This document shows, in pieces, positions 1-13,382 of a DNA stretch of 64,000 nt. Position 1 is the stretch's first letter. The number at the start of each line of letters is the position of its first letter. A model generated the notes under the pieces. It saw only the letters and a list, made by a program, of their open reading frames with translations, was not told the DNA's origin and searched no databases. A program made the translations under genes and the position numbers. The DNA comes from Patellaria atrata CBS 101060 (taxonomy: Eukaryota): contig MU006098.1 of the NCBI GenBank assembly GCA_010093705.1, positions 696,666-760,665 on the forward strand, given 5' to 3'.

Positions 1-235
1 CTACGCATCCAACTTCCTTTTTGCAATATTCTTGATTATAAATCTAAATGCGAAATGCCGACTGTAGTATTCTTTGTGGTCCTTGACACTAGAGTATTGA
101 TTCTTGGGACACACCCTAATTAATGTTTCAAGTTAGAAGTTCGGGTTACTGCTCCCTTGTCCATCTCTAATGAAAATTTCCTTTCCTTCCACCGGACACC
201 GGGAATAATGCGTGAGAACGAACGAGTTTCCCTAC

Positions 236-703
236 CGTCGTTTTACAAACGAAAAGGGCGTAAGTAAATAGGCCTAAATAGCTAATACCCGGTGAATAAA
301 AGAGCTTTAAGGGACTGTTATTTTAATACCTCCTCCTTACTACATTAACACCCCTCTCTAAAAAGGGGAGGAGACTAACCTAAAGGGGTAGTCAAATAAA
401 GTATACCTTATATACCTACCCTCTGGTAGGAGGACGCCTTCCATTTTAATATAGATCTTAACGCTTCATCTTCATCTATAGCGGTAGCTTAAATTCATGC
501 TCAGATTCGTACTCAGATTCGTACTCAGATTCGTACTCAGATTTGTGCTTTGATTCGTGGTTAGATACGGCTTTAGATTCGTAAGGTGCTTAGACACATC
601 TCCAGATACGGCATCAGATACGGCATGGATTCGTGCTTATATAGAAGAATTTAACGGACTTTATTAGTTAAGTTTCAGAGTAGATAATACTTCATAAACG
701 ACA
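236..703 (-). mobile_element. Probable degenerate solo LTR / transposon relic (~470 bp)
   Basis: Bounded by (c)GTCGTTT at 236 and AAACGACA ending at 703, a near-perfect terminal inverted repeat of TG..CA type. AT- and TpA-rich, no ORF, internal 12-bp tandem repeat, TATATAAGG on the minus strand near 406-414. No convincing target-site duplication. Confidence 0.4.
501..636. repeat. 12-bp tandem repeat (TCAGATTCGTAC)n, decaying rightwards
   Basis: Three perfect copies at 501-536, then degenerate copies (tcagatttgtgc, tttgattcgtgg, ttagatacggct, ttagattcgtaa, cagatacggcat x2). Confidence 0.9.
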
Positions 704-1166
704 GCCAATTATAACCTTAATCGTGCAGTCATATTATGAATTCTACACTGGGCTATGTATAGATCTTAGATACCTGCATTACTAAGGTACAACTTGTTCA
801 GTAATCGAAACTCCCATGCTTTGAAGATACCCCTGATCATCGTGCGGTAAAAGTCTTCCAGATTGGGATTCAATGACTAAGGATGTCAAAGGGCGTACCT
901 AAAGTTATCAGAAACTTAACAGAACCTCATGATGATTGTCAAAGACAGTCAAAGCGCATAGGTGTATTATTTGTAATAACTCGGTCGAAAGAGAACTCGA
1001 AAGAGCGAGAAATGGAGCGGATAAAAGATAAACTGAGGAGGCCATCCCACTACCAATATTCTCAACAGATAACTTAAACTCTAAGACGACAACAACAACA
1101 CGTTGATTCAGATTCTCAAACACTCTCAACTAACACTCGAACATCACATAATTCTCGAATTCCAAA

Positions 1167-2290
1167 ATGGCAGAAACCGTCCTCCTTACCGGCGCTTCTG
1201 GCAACATCGGTAACGTCACCCTCATCCACCTCCTCGCCGCTGGCTATAAGGTCCGCGCTGTACTACGCTCCCTCCAAAAGACCCGCGCGGCCTTGGAAGC
1301 GCAATTTCCCGTCGCAATGTCTTCCGGTGCGCTCACCTTTGTCGAGATCCCCGACATGACAATCCCGGGGTCCTTCGACGCAGCCACAGAAGGCGTGGGT
1401 TATGCCATCCATGTCGCAACGCCGTTGGCCGGGTCGGACTATGTGGAGACAATGGCGAAACCGGCGGTTAAAGTTAACGAAAATGTATTAGAAGCAGCGA
1501 GGAAGGCGGGGACCGTGAAAAGGATAGTCATCACTGGGTCCATCGTCTCGATCGTTCCATTCAAAGATGTTCGGGAAGGGTATACCTTCTCTGAGAAAGA
1601 CTGGACGGATATCGGACCTGAGCAGGCGGCCCAAAGCATTCAAGGTGGGTACGTGTACTCGAAGGTGCTGTCGGAGAGGAAGGCGTGGGAGTGGATTAAG
1701 GAGAAGAAGCCTGGTTTCGATTTGGTGGTGCTGAATGTGCCGAGTGTGATAGGCCGTAGCCCGGAACCGTTTTATACTCCGCGACCTGCAGTGATTGGGG
1801 GTAATGGAAGCTTGGTGAGGGAGCTATTCGATGTGGAGAAAGTGGGATCCTTGGTTCCATTTTCCTCGTAAGTTCCTTCACTCATCCACCCAGTACTAGA
1901 AACGCAAAAGACCTTCGCAATATCTCCTATCATTTATCTTTTGCTAACATTCTCAGGGACGTTGACGACGTAGCTCGTCTCCATGTCCTGTCCCTCAACG
2001 ATTCCGTCCCCGGTAACGAACGGTATCTCTTCGCACACCCCTCTCTGCTCTCGCCAAATCACCTTGCGAACAAGATTCGGGAAACTTATCCCGAACTTCG
2101 TGACCGGGTACCAGCCGCTGGGGAGGATAATGGCCTCCCCAAACCACTTCCGACGCTTGATACGAGCAAGGCGGATAAGGTGTTTGGAACAGCTTGGAAG
2201 GGTTTGTGGGAGAGTGCAAGATGGGCAGTTGAGGATGTTTTGGCTTGGGAGAAGAAGGAGGGGAGGACCGTGAGGGACTTGAAGGAGTAG
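1167..2290 (+). CDS. NAD(P)-dependent epimerase/dehydratase family reductase (Gre2/Ari1-like aldehyde/carbonyl reductase)
   Basis: TGASGNIG Rossmann motif, HVATP, ITGS, YVYSK catalytic YxxxK. Intron 1868-1956 joins to DVDDVARLH...GNERY; stop TAG at 2288-2290. Confidence 0.9.
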
Positions 2291-3518
2291 GGGCTTTAGT
2301 GTCTAGCGATAAGTCGGTAAAGGGATGTGCGATATACAGATTGCCTATCATATATTAGACCTCCTGTCTATTTCTATCAAGTTTTTGTATAAGTTACTTC
2401 AGCATAGCTGCTCTTATCCGATAACATCCTCCTATTCCCTCAGAATAGCTCAAATACCCACCATACAAACATCATCGAACCGTAGCTGAACTCCATGGTA
2501 TAGAAAGGGTGGGTTCAATAAAAGCTCCTTTCAAACTCTCTCAACAATAAAGCGTTTATCATCTAAGGGACCCCGTAACAAGGAGTAGCAATCCCCATCA
2601 CCACGCCCACAGCAGAATTCTCATCCCCTTATTCTAAAGCAAACCCCTCTGATTGGCCCACCCGCTCCACATGACACCGCGTCCGGCTAGCGCGTCCATG
2701 TCAGGGCAAAGTGCACGCCCTACGCTCCCGTCACCACCAAAAGCAAACGGAAGACAAATGTAAAATAAAAAAACAAAATCGAGGGCAGGATGGATATGAA
2801 AATGTTCGGCTTCGCACCTGCCTAGACGGGAATATGAGCAGTCATACATTTTCCGTTGTGTTCCCGCGATGATTCTGGGTGGTTTTTGATGTCTTTCATT
2901 TAGTAGCCCTACCGGATTATTCCAGGTTAGATATATTGGTAAGGTAGTTGCTGAATCTGGAGTTAGAGTGGGAGTGGGAGTCACGACACAGATCCGCAGG
3001 AACCCTTGAGTTTATTGTTAAAGGCGAGTACATTCCAACAGGTCCTACATCATAGGTACAGCAACTCACATCACAGCACCGAACCGAAGATGACGCTAGG
3101 ATTCATCGTCGAAAGTACGGTAAAGCTCACTGACGACAATGTACTCAATCTCATCGGTTATACGCGCTCTCGTCGGTGGAAAAGAGGGATATTTGAGTTT
3201 TATCACCCTCTACCCGTGGTATTGCTCACTTATTGTACCCCCTACAGACGAAGAAGAGACGCGGATCATCCCATGACGCACGATATCGGGATACCGACCT
3301 ACCTTAGTTGACGTAGAAAGACACGGTCCTCGAAGCGCCAGACCAATTACGACTACACGCTTCAAGGAATCAGAACTTTATGAAAGAGCACCCCTCACAT
3401 GGAGGACGGAAAAGATCAGATCAAAAAAGCGTTCTTCATTCCGCTGCATCTGCATACATTACTAAATCACTGATTACCCCCAACACTCTTTCGGTTCCAC
3501 CTGGTATCTACTTTGAAA

Positions 3519-5498
3519 CTAAAATACAACATGCAAAGCCCTACGCCAGGCGGGCATAGCCGACAACCTGGCTCTGTGCGCATGGATGCGCGGCCAATCG
3601 ATCTCCCTGCGTCCGGTATCGACGTCGATCTGGTGGGTGCGGAGCCAACCGGTCTTCTTCCAGAAGTAACCGCAGATCCAGAAGAGCATGACGACCGGGA
3701 GGGCGAGGTAGGCCTTGAAGAAGCCTTCGGCGTCGTTGACACCACCACCTAGAGGCCAGACGGCAACGTAGAACTGCACGAATGTGTTAGTATTTCACAG
3801 TTCACTCCGGAATTTTCTGTCAGTTAAGGAAGAGGCTTGCTTACCTGAGCGATCAAGACGAGGATAACCATACCGAGACCTAACCAGGAGCCGTAGACAC
3901 CGAAAATAGCATGGAAGGGAATTTCATCAAGGGTGTGACCATGATAAGCCCAGGCCTTTCGGAAGCGGATGTGGGCGAGGCAGATGGAGCCCCAGGTGAA
4001 GAGAGCAGCAAGACCGGATAAAGCGAGCAGCCAATCGAAGATCTCGGGACCGGAAGAGCTGATATTGATATAGGCTAGGAGGCCACAAGCGATAATGATG
4101 AGGGTTGACCACAGAGGACGACCGGCACGATCGACGTAGGCGAAGAGCTTTGGTGCGTAGCCCTGCTCGGCAAGCGCGGTGAGGGTTCGAGAACCGCCAT
4201 AAACACCGGAGTTACCGATGGAAATAACTGAGACCATGATGACAACGTTCAAAAAGTGATCGAAGCCCTCAAGACCGGCATTTTTAGCAGCAATGACGAA
4301 GGGACTAGCGGTAACATCGATGAGAGGGTTGTTTCCAAGGAGTTGGTCGTCGTCGTGGCGGACCATTAGACCAACGAAAAGAAGAGAAAGGATATAGAAG
4401 AGGGTGATACGCCAGAAGACCTGCTTGATTGCACCGGGAAGGGCCTTGACGGGGTCCATGGCCTCAGCAGCCGCAAGGCCGACTAGTTCCGTTCCGGAGA
4501 AAGCGAAGGCGGCAGAAACAAAGACAGCACAGACACCCTTGAAACCGTTGGCAAACGCTCCTGGATCGTAGAAAAACCTTGCACCGTGGTAAGAGCTGAA
4601 TTGGCCATCAGAGGGTCCACCACCGCAAACGCAGATAACACCAATGATCATAAAGATGATAATGGCAGCAAGTTTCAGGCAACTGGACCAGAATTCTTCT
4701 TCTCCGTATCCGAGGACGCCAAAGACGTTGATGGCGATGATAATGACCAAGAACATGGTAATCCAGACGCTATACCAAATTAGCGAAGAGTAATTTTAGG
4801 ATCTTCATCTCGTCACCTACCCCACGTTTACATCGACTTGCCAATAGCTGATGGTGATACCGGCAACGACAAGCTCGAGAGGTAGCACAATGGCCCATTG
4901 GAAGACGTAATTCCAGCCCATAGCGAAACCCCAAGATGGATCGATGAAGCGGGTTGAGTAGGTGTAGAAACCACCAGATACGGGATACATGACAGCGAGT
5001 TCACCAAGAGCATAGACGACGTTGAAGATCATGATACCAATGATACCGTAATCTAAGAGAATACCACCGGGACCCTGGAGGAAAATATTAGCGGGAAGCC
5101 TTCACTTTGACTCTCTTAATACAACATACAGCACGATTAAGAGCACTTCCAGATCCGACGAAGAGACCGGCACCAATGGAACCCTAATAGAATGTCAGAA
5201 ACGCGTCCCGATTCTCGGTGAGGAGAAAAAAGCTTACACCAATGGCTATCATGTGAAGATGGCGAGGTTTAAGAGTTTGATTCAGTTGATTAGCTTCATC
5301 AGCTATCGTTCGTCTCTTGAAGGACTCGGGAGTGCATCCCATACGGGTCCAGAAGCCAAGTGGTGCTCCTCCATCGTATTGCTCAAAAGCAGCCGCCTTT
5401 GGAGCATCATAGGCAGGAACATCATCGCTGGCGTTAAATGGAGCGAGACCTCCGTCATGGACGGCGTCCTTCTCTGTGAAGTCTGGTTTTGCGGCCAT
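3519..5498 (-). CDS. General amino-acid permease (APC/YAT family, Gap1-like)
   Basis: LKPRHLHMIAIGGSIGAGLFVGSG after splicing; ALGELAVMYPVSGGF, FAFSGTELVGLAAAE, IKQVFWRITLFY. Five exons across ORFs at 5184-5498, 4817-5032, 3824-4756 and 3519-3779. Confidence 0.95.
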
Positions 5499-8089
5499 AT
5501 TGGACGCGGTACTGCAAGGAACGAGAAACGAAAAAATCTATGAAAAGGACTGTTTCCAGACAAAAGGGACGCGCTGGTTAATGTACGACCGCGCGTAAAG
5601 CCGATGCGTGACCAGCATCCTGGAGAGGGGGAAGCATGTTGCATTTAAGCAGATCTGGAGAGCTCTAACATCGCAATAATCTAACTGATAAGAGAACGTC
5701 TGGGCAACACACTTGGCCCGAGAGAGATATGGTATTGGATTGAATTGGAGCTTCTGGATGGGATACACGGTTCCACCGGCATCTTGGCTGGTTCCTTGCC
5801 CAGAACGGATGAAAGCTATGGCGTGTGGTGATGTTGCAGTGACTTGCAGACTGAGGAAGGTCTTGGAGGAATAAGCTCGCCCAATTCACGCCATTACGGA
5901 ATTTGATGTTACAGGATCGCCTTAAACCATGACTTGGCTCAAGAGGTAACTCGAGGGGAAGACTAACAACCATGCGGCTCCCAAGCCCTTGGCTGTAATG
6001 AGGGACTTCTTACCTTCTTGAAGCACTTTAGTTCGCCTAGAGAATTTCACGCCAACCAAGAGTGGCGACATGCGGTGCTGAACTACCAAAACGAACAACT
6101 TCCCGATGTAGGATTGTCTTCGAAAGCCTTGACATGACCAAAACATCAAAGCGCAAATCTTCTAGAAGGACGAGTCAGAAGTCAGAAATCGAAATTCTCA
6201 CGCGACAGTAGTAGTGAGGGGGGTTTGATCATCATGATTTGCTGGTACAAAGAAGACACACAAAAATTGCTTGCGACAAATAACTTTACTTTCTGCAACG
6301 GATGTCGGAAACGAATTGGACATGGTCTTGGATGTCTCTTGGTCCGCCCGGGTATCCCGATATGCTGGCGCTTTTACAGTAAAAGAGGAAACGTGAGGGG
6401 TATGTATGCATCGGCCCAACTCTACGGCCACTGGAAACATCAAACATGTGCTATTATTCCAAATCCAAAGGGGCACGGTAGTAGGGGAAAAAATACTTTT
6501 TCTCTTTCTATCAGTTTCGAACTCTCAGATGATAGGAGGATCAAGTCCGTAGGGCTGAATCCACCTGCTCAACAGAGTAGTTGTTGCTTTGTACCAGTCG
6601 AGATAGTCTCCGAGCGTACGAAGGGTATCCCTTGGGGTTTGGGTAACTCCACTCCCCACGTTATTAAATCGTGGTACACAATGCATATTACTCCTAGACT
6701 CCTTGGGGCATCAGTGCAGTCGTTCAATATAATACTATATTCATGTCTTACCAACGGTCGATGGCCTGCATCGCCCTTCTACCGGTGAGATGGGAGTCTT
6801 GTACTGTACCTCTTATCTTGTCATACCTCAATCTCACCACTTGTCAATTGTCAACTCCACCACACCGGTACAACTATCAGATATCAGCCAAGTTATGGCC
6901 AAGCCGGTCCGTTGGCATCTAACAAAAGCCAATAACGTCAAGAGATTAGCATAGCAGCTTTAGACGATCGGAAGGCAAAGGGCCTAGCGCTGCTTGTTGA
7001 CTTGCTCTCGCTAAAGGGAGTGATAGAGAGACCTTGTGATGCAAGAGCCAGCGAAAGGGATTGAAGCTGTTTGTCATATCGCCCAAAGATTGACAGCCAC
7101 ATAAGGTAGTTCCATTAACGAAAGTAAAAAGGGTTCCAATGATGTCAAGTTCAAAGATGCGTCACACCGTCAGAAGAACTCCCTAGTGACGGGTATCTGG
7201 AATTTCCAGTTCAAGCGCAAGTGCATACAGCCAGACGGTGCCTGAAAAGAAGGCGTGGGGAGGCAAAAGCGTCATAACAGAGAATTTATCTACTTCAACA
7301 TCCCGCCCTAAACATTCTAGGTCCTCTTTTACCTCGACTCTTCGAATGATAATCATGAAATTTGAGTCATTATTGACCACTGCTTATCAAAATCCAAGAC
7401 TTTTTTTCGAAAATGTGATACCATACCGAAGATAAGCTGTGGCAATAATGAAGAAAAGAGGAATCACCCGAAATTTGAACAAATGCGCGAAAGAGAAAAT
7501 GTGGAAGCCGAAACGGAAAAGGCTAGACGGAAGGGAAAGGAAATGCCAACTGTCCGTGTCGTCTGCCGTGAGGATTTCGCAATTCCCGTCGTGAGGCTTG
7601 ATCCTCCTCAATTCCTCGCGTTTAGCAGCAAAAAGCAATTTACACGAGCCAAGCATGCGCCACTGATACTGAATTTACCGTACAGCGCACGTGAGAGATT
7701 TCCCCGCATAGTCTCGGCTTTCCCATCTCGTGCAAGTCGCTTCGGGTCGGGAATTAGGGTCGCTGTTACGGGTTTGGTAGAATTGTTGCTGCTTCATGGA
7801 TAGAAAAAGAGCTGACTTAGAGCACTAGAACTAAATAGTATAGAGTATAATATTAGTTCTAAGCACTTAGAGCTGGGTATTGCGAGTATTTCGATGCAGT
7901 TTGGGATTAGGCTTTGTCACGTGGAAAACTTAATATAGATGCCAAGAGGATCTCATCTCAGTCTAATCTAATCTCAATCTCAATCTCATCTTATCTTCTA
8001 CCTCAGTGGGGCTGCCTAAAGCTCCTCCAAAGCTTTATGCTTGGTACCTCACGACAACAAACAATATCGAACCTCAACCTACAATCACC

Positions 8090-9688
8090 ATGGCTAACAA
8101 CGTAGAGCAATCGCCATACTTTCGGAAACAGATTGCTTCCGGAACAATCATCACGCGAGGTAAATTCATCTATCTCGATTTCGCAAACTTCACCCACTTA
8201 CCCCCATTGTAGATCCACCAAAATTCGACCTCGACGCATACATATCTAATTACATCGGAAGAACACGTCTAGATCGACTCACATTGATTGGTCAAACATC
8301 GACCTACCTTTCCCTTGATGCTTTACATGCCGCCATAGCTCAATCAAAACAGGGTGCAGAGGTGCAGACCTATCTCAACCTTACAGAATGCCTGCACGAT
8401 ATCAACCCTTCAGACGCACTAGCCGTACCAGACGTAACATGGGTGGAGGAGACGACGAGAAGAGTGAAGAATGAGACGGATAGGCTTGAAGCTGAGCTGA
8501 AGGCATATAAGAACAACTTGATTAAAGAAAGCATCAGGGTATGTCACTCAATCCCCGTAAACAATTTCCTACGAACAATACTAGTGTTTTTAACGATATG
8601 AATAGATGGGTAACGAAGAGCTCGGTGCACATTACCTCTCCGTTGGTGATTTCACCTCCTCCTATAAATCATATTACCGCATGCGCGACTACTGCACCAC
8701 CCCAAAACACATCACCGAAATGTCACTCAAGCTCATCTACGTCGCGCTCATGCAGCGCAATTTCATGACAGCACAATCTCAGATTCTAAAATTACAGACT
8801 CAGGCAACAGCACGGGCCGAAGACAAGACAAAACTGGAGCCCATACTCACAGCCTGCATGGGACTCGCCCAGTTATCCACCGGTTCCTACGCCGACGCCG
8901 CATCCTCTTTCCTATCCGTATCCCCCAACTTCATAACCTCCGAACCCCTTGGCGGGATCGACTTTACCCACGCAGTTCTCACACCAAACGACATAGCCGT
9001 CTACGGCGGGCTGACAGCCCTCGCCTCAATGAACCGCGCAGAGCTCCAATCCCGCGTCCTAGACAACTCCACCTTCCGCACCTTCCTCGAACTCGAACCC
9101 CACATCCGTCGCGCCATCTCCCTCTTCTGCTCGAGCAAATATTCCGCCTGTCTCGCGACTCTCGAAGCTTACCGCGCTGACTACACACTGGACATCCACC
9201 TCCACGCCCACATCGCGGACATATACAACCAGGTCCGCGTCAAGAGCATCCAGCAATTCTTCATTCCCTTCTCCCGTGTCACGCTGGACGAAATGGCCCG
9301 TGCTTTCCCGCCTCCGTCCCAATCCACATCCACCGAAAATTCAAATTCCAATGAAAACTCCAAACCCCACTCTATCGACGACGAACTCTCATGCCTCATT
9401 TCTGCCGACAAACTCCCCGCTCGCCTCGACCTCGTCGACCGTCTACTCATCGCGCCCGCCGCGTCCCCGCGCCTCGCGGCCCACGCTGACGCCGTCGAGA
9501 TGGCGAGGAGGTACGAACATACGCTTCTCTTGAGATTGGGGCGTCTGAATACGCTCAACTCCGGTCTGGACGTTAAGGCGCCGAAGGAGAAGCAGGGCGG
9601 GTTTGGGGAGTTTGTGGGCGATTTGGAACAGATGGGGAAGGAGGGGTTGAAGGGGTTGGGGAGGTTTGGGATCGGTGGTAGAGGATAG
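8090..9688 (+). CDS. CSN1: COP9 signalosome subunit 1 (PCI domain)
   Basis: PPKFDLDAYISNY, LEAELKAYKNNLIKESIRMG, RMRDYCT, DIAVYGGLTALASM, FLELEP. Introns 8160-8212 and 8540-8605. Confidence 0.93.
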
Positions 9689-10369
9689 ACAATTAAGAGG
9701 AAAAGGGGAGGAAGTATCGGGGATACGGGGGGATTGAAGGGAGGGAAAGGGGAAAAGCGAGGCAGGGATTTGTGGAGGGGTTTATGCGAGTAGTATTGTA
9801 GCATCACCCGGCGTTTTCTTTTCACCAGAGCTCGCATTCAGGAGCGCCCTCTTCTCGCTGTGGATGAATATGAATGACGTCCTATACCACAGCTTATCGG
9901 CTGTATTGAATCTTTGGTGAAGCCTGCGATGAGGGTGTGTGGACCAGTCATGTCGACCGACTGACGAATGTTCTAGCTAGGAAGATGAAGGGGATCGAGG
10001 GTAGATTAGCAGCTACGCTATCCCAATTCGATGTGGCTAATTGTGGCATGGAGATAGGAGATTGGTATATCGGTAAGGCAAACTGATATAAAGCCCGGTG
10101 AGGAAATAGATTGCATTATCATATGTACATACACGGTAGGCAATGGAAGGGGTATACCGGTATCCCGCAAGCAAGACTGACACCCAGCACCGAACTCCAA
10201 TATCCCAACTCCATCCAATACCCCTGGTACCGCTAAAAGGCCGGAGACTAAAGAACTGAAAACAAAGGAGCTGTACACTGTAGCTCGAAAGAGACCATAC
10301 CGAGTCCCACCCACATCGAACTCATCCCCTTTCCCAGTCCTCCGCATCCGCGCAAGGCTGAAGGCTTGT

Positions 10370-13300
10370 CTAGCATACCACGCTCAGCCGTCTTGGATTC
10401 CGTGACGGGATAGATGGGACCGGTCCCCCATGTACGCCCTCTAGTCCCGTTGTCGCGTCTCCGGACGCTTTGGACTCTTTCGCATCTTCTGTCATCGTCT
10501 CTTTCGCTTCCACCTTCTTCTCTATAGTCCCCGATCTTGATCCCGATCCCGACATCTCACATCCATCGACCGAGGTGGCCGAACTCCCCGAGCTCCGAGA
10601 AGTTGCGAGACTCCAGCTCCAGCTGGTTTCGGTGTTGGTGTCAGATTTTGCACTCTCGCTCTCGCTGCTTGAGCTTCTGCGGTCGGTGCAGGTATCTAGC
10701 CGTATCGGAGGGATGGCGGCGGGTTCGCCCGCGTGTGGAATATACATCTGAGATGCGTCGAGGAGGGGCGAGCGTGCAAATTGAGCGTTAGGGTTACCCG
10801 AGCGCGAGAGCGAGGAACGTCGTGTTGGTATCGTAAGAAGTGGCAGTGTCGTCCTCATCCCCATCTCCGTCTTCATCTTCGTCTTTGTTTCCGCTGTTCT
10901 AGCACTCCAAGCACCGTTTGAGGTTTCCGGGTTTTCCGGGTTCTGCTCTGCATCCACATCCGAATCCGACCCCTCCAACGTCTCACCTCCCGATCCCGGA
11001 GGCGAAGAGACATCCACAACAACACCATTCAACCCATTCCCATACCCTTGCACGATGATCTCGCAAAAGCCCGGCGTCGGTGCCCTAGTCACCGTGCTAC
11101 CTCTTCTACCAACCACACTTCCCCTCCTCACCGGGAAAGGCGTGAAAGAGCGTAAGATCTGCGCCTTATGCACGCGCAACGGAGCCGGCATCTCGACCGC
11201 CGTGCGAGACGGGGAATCTCGGGAAGCGCTAGTCTCGCAATCAGGCCTAATATCATACCGCTTAATATCCATCCCCACCCCACCATCAGGTATCCACGCA
11301 GCACCCCCAACCCCAACCCCAATCTCCCTCTCGAAACTCCTCTCATGCAATTCCGCGACCTTCAGTGCGGCGACGCCTAGTTCCCACGGCGGTGGGCCGG
11401 CGGTAAGGATGCAGAGGGGGTAGCGGGGGGAATCTGTATCTCTGACCTCGATTGGGGCGCGGGTGACGGAAACGAGCATCTGCAGAGCTGCGTAGACGAG
11501 TAACCAGCGGACTTTCCTCGCGTCGGGGGTTGAGACTTTTTCTTCGTTTGTGGAGGCGCAGGTGCGCTCGAAAGCGAGGTAGGCTTTTACTATCGGGGTT
11601 GGGGCGGGGGGCAGATTCGTGGCGGCGAGGAGGGAAGCAAGGGCGTGGGTGGACCGGGTTGACTTGGATGGGCTGGAGGAGAGACTGAAAAGGGGTTTGG
11701 AACGCTTGGACGTGAGGAGAGGGAGGAGGGGGAGGGGGTGAGGGAGGGGGGAGTATTTGTGTCTTCGGTCGAACGCTTGGACGTTCTGGAGGACGCATAT
11801 GCCGCCGCTGGCGGGTTTCTGGGTTTGGATCGAGCAGGTCGATTCAGAGTCGACGAGGAGATCGTAGAGAGAGCGGAAGTCGAAGTAGATGGACTTCCAT
11901 AGTGGCTTTGAGAAGGGGGAGTTTCGGGGTGGAGGCCAGTAGCCGAATTTCTCGACGTAGTGGGCGTGGAGGAAGGAGCGGAAGCGGTCGAGATGGGCGC
12001 GGGCGCCGTGGCCTAAACCGAGGTGTGAGGGTGAGAGCTCGTCTTCGAGGAAGTTGCAGAGGGAGGCGGTCGTCCGGCCTATGTGGATTTCCATCTCGAG
12101 GGCGGCTCTGGTTATCAGGGCTTTGGTGATTCTAGATATGGGCTAAGACACATTAGTACGCGTTATCCTATAGTGATATTACTTGCTTATTAGAACGCTT
12201 GCAACAGAACGACTTTGAGTTGCGCTGTGTAAAATGAGGGACCCTGGCGAGGGGACATATCCGACAGTATACACACGGGTGTACAAGAAATAAAGAAAAA
12301 CCGAACAGTTCAGAATTTAGACAGGGGGAATTAGAAAATGTAGGAGAGACTCAATGATTAAACTTACAGAAAATTCAAGACTCAAATACAACCTATCATT
12401 CATACCAACGCAATGCGCATAAGCGTCGGTCCAACACTCCGCAATACGATAATACTCGGCATAATACAACGCAGCGAGCGCGTAATCCGTGCAATGTGCA
12501 AAATTCAGGTATCCCATACCATCAAGATACATCATCAGTTCCGCATGGCTATTTACCCCTTCGGATCTGAAGAGCTGAAGACGCTCCTGGAGTTCAACCA
12601 ACGTCTTCCCCAACTGTATCCCGACGAGCGGTCTACCAAAGAGAAAGGCGAAGAAGTTGCGTGTGGTCAAGTGCCAGTTAAAAGCCTCAACTTTGGACAT
12701 ATCCGCCGGCGCGGGGATATAGAGCTCGAACGCAAAATCAGACCGGGAAGTATCATATCCATAGTCCGTGGGTTCCCGTGGAAAATAGATTTTTTGGACT
12801 TGATACATATTGAGTAGATTGACGCATCTGGCCTCCTGGAGGATATCGAAATTAACGCAGAATGAAGGACCCCGTCGAGATTGTCCCATTTCGTATAGAT
12901 TAACCAGACAATTACCATCTGGGAACCAGAGCTCGGAATCCTGCTTCGAATTGAGTGTCATGCATCTTCAAACTAGAATAGCAACTTACCATTCTGATTC
13001 CATCCCATTCGGAGGTAGTCCGTGTCCGCCCATCCCATCTTTTCACATTTGCACGTCCGGCAGATTTCCTCATGATGGCGAGTGGTACAATAGAATTGGA
13101 GATTGTATCCCCTAATGTTGCGTTCGAGGCCTTCCGAGAGAAGTTGGGGATGTCCAATGGCCTAGGTAGGGAAGAAAGACCGTACGCTCGTCCAGTTCCC
13201 GGCGTCACAGCCTTCCCAATTGCGATATTTTGATGTTTCAGGGGAAGAACGTGGATGGTTCCCCGTCTACGATGCTGTTGTCGTCTCACGGTCGAGGTAT

Positions 13301-13382
13301 CACTACCACTCCAACTGAGATGTCTAGATATGCGTGAAGAGGAACGAGCTGGTATTGCAGGTCCATCAGTCATATTGTCCAT
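10370..13382 (-). CDS. Conserved uncharacterised Pezizomycotina protein with a Ser/Pro-rich C-terminus
   Basis: RWDGRTRTTSEWDGIR|DSELWFPDGNCLVNLYEMGQSRRGPSF, HLTTRNFFAFL, ARAHLDRFRSFLHAHYVEKFGYWPP, DARKVRWLLVY. Introns 12941-12989 and 12143-12367 splice in frame. Start codon uncertain. Confidence 0.8.

Noticed and set aside
2634..2984. Minus-strand ORF containing NPVGLLNERHQ, reminiscent of a dsRNA-binding motif helix 1
   Set aside because: No downstream dsRBM features (no KKxAxxxAA helix) and a non-ATG start; insufficient support.
5500..8089. ORFs (e.g. 6225-6788, 187 aa) and GATAAG sites in the long permease-CSN1 spacer
   Set aside because: The ORFs show no recognisable motifs. Four GATAAG/CTTATC sites in 2.6 kb are too few and dispersed to call an AreA element.
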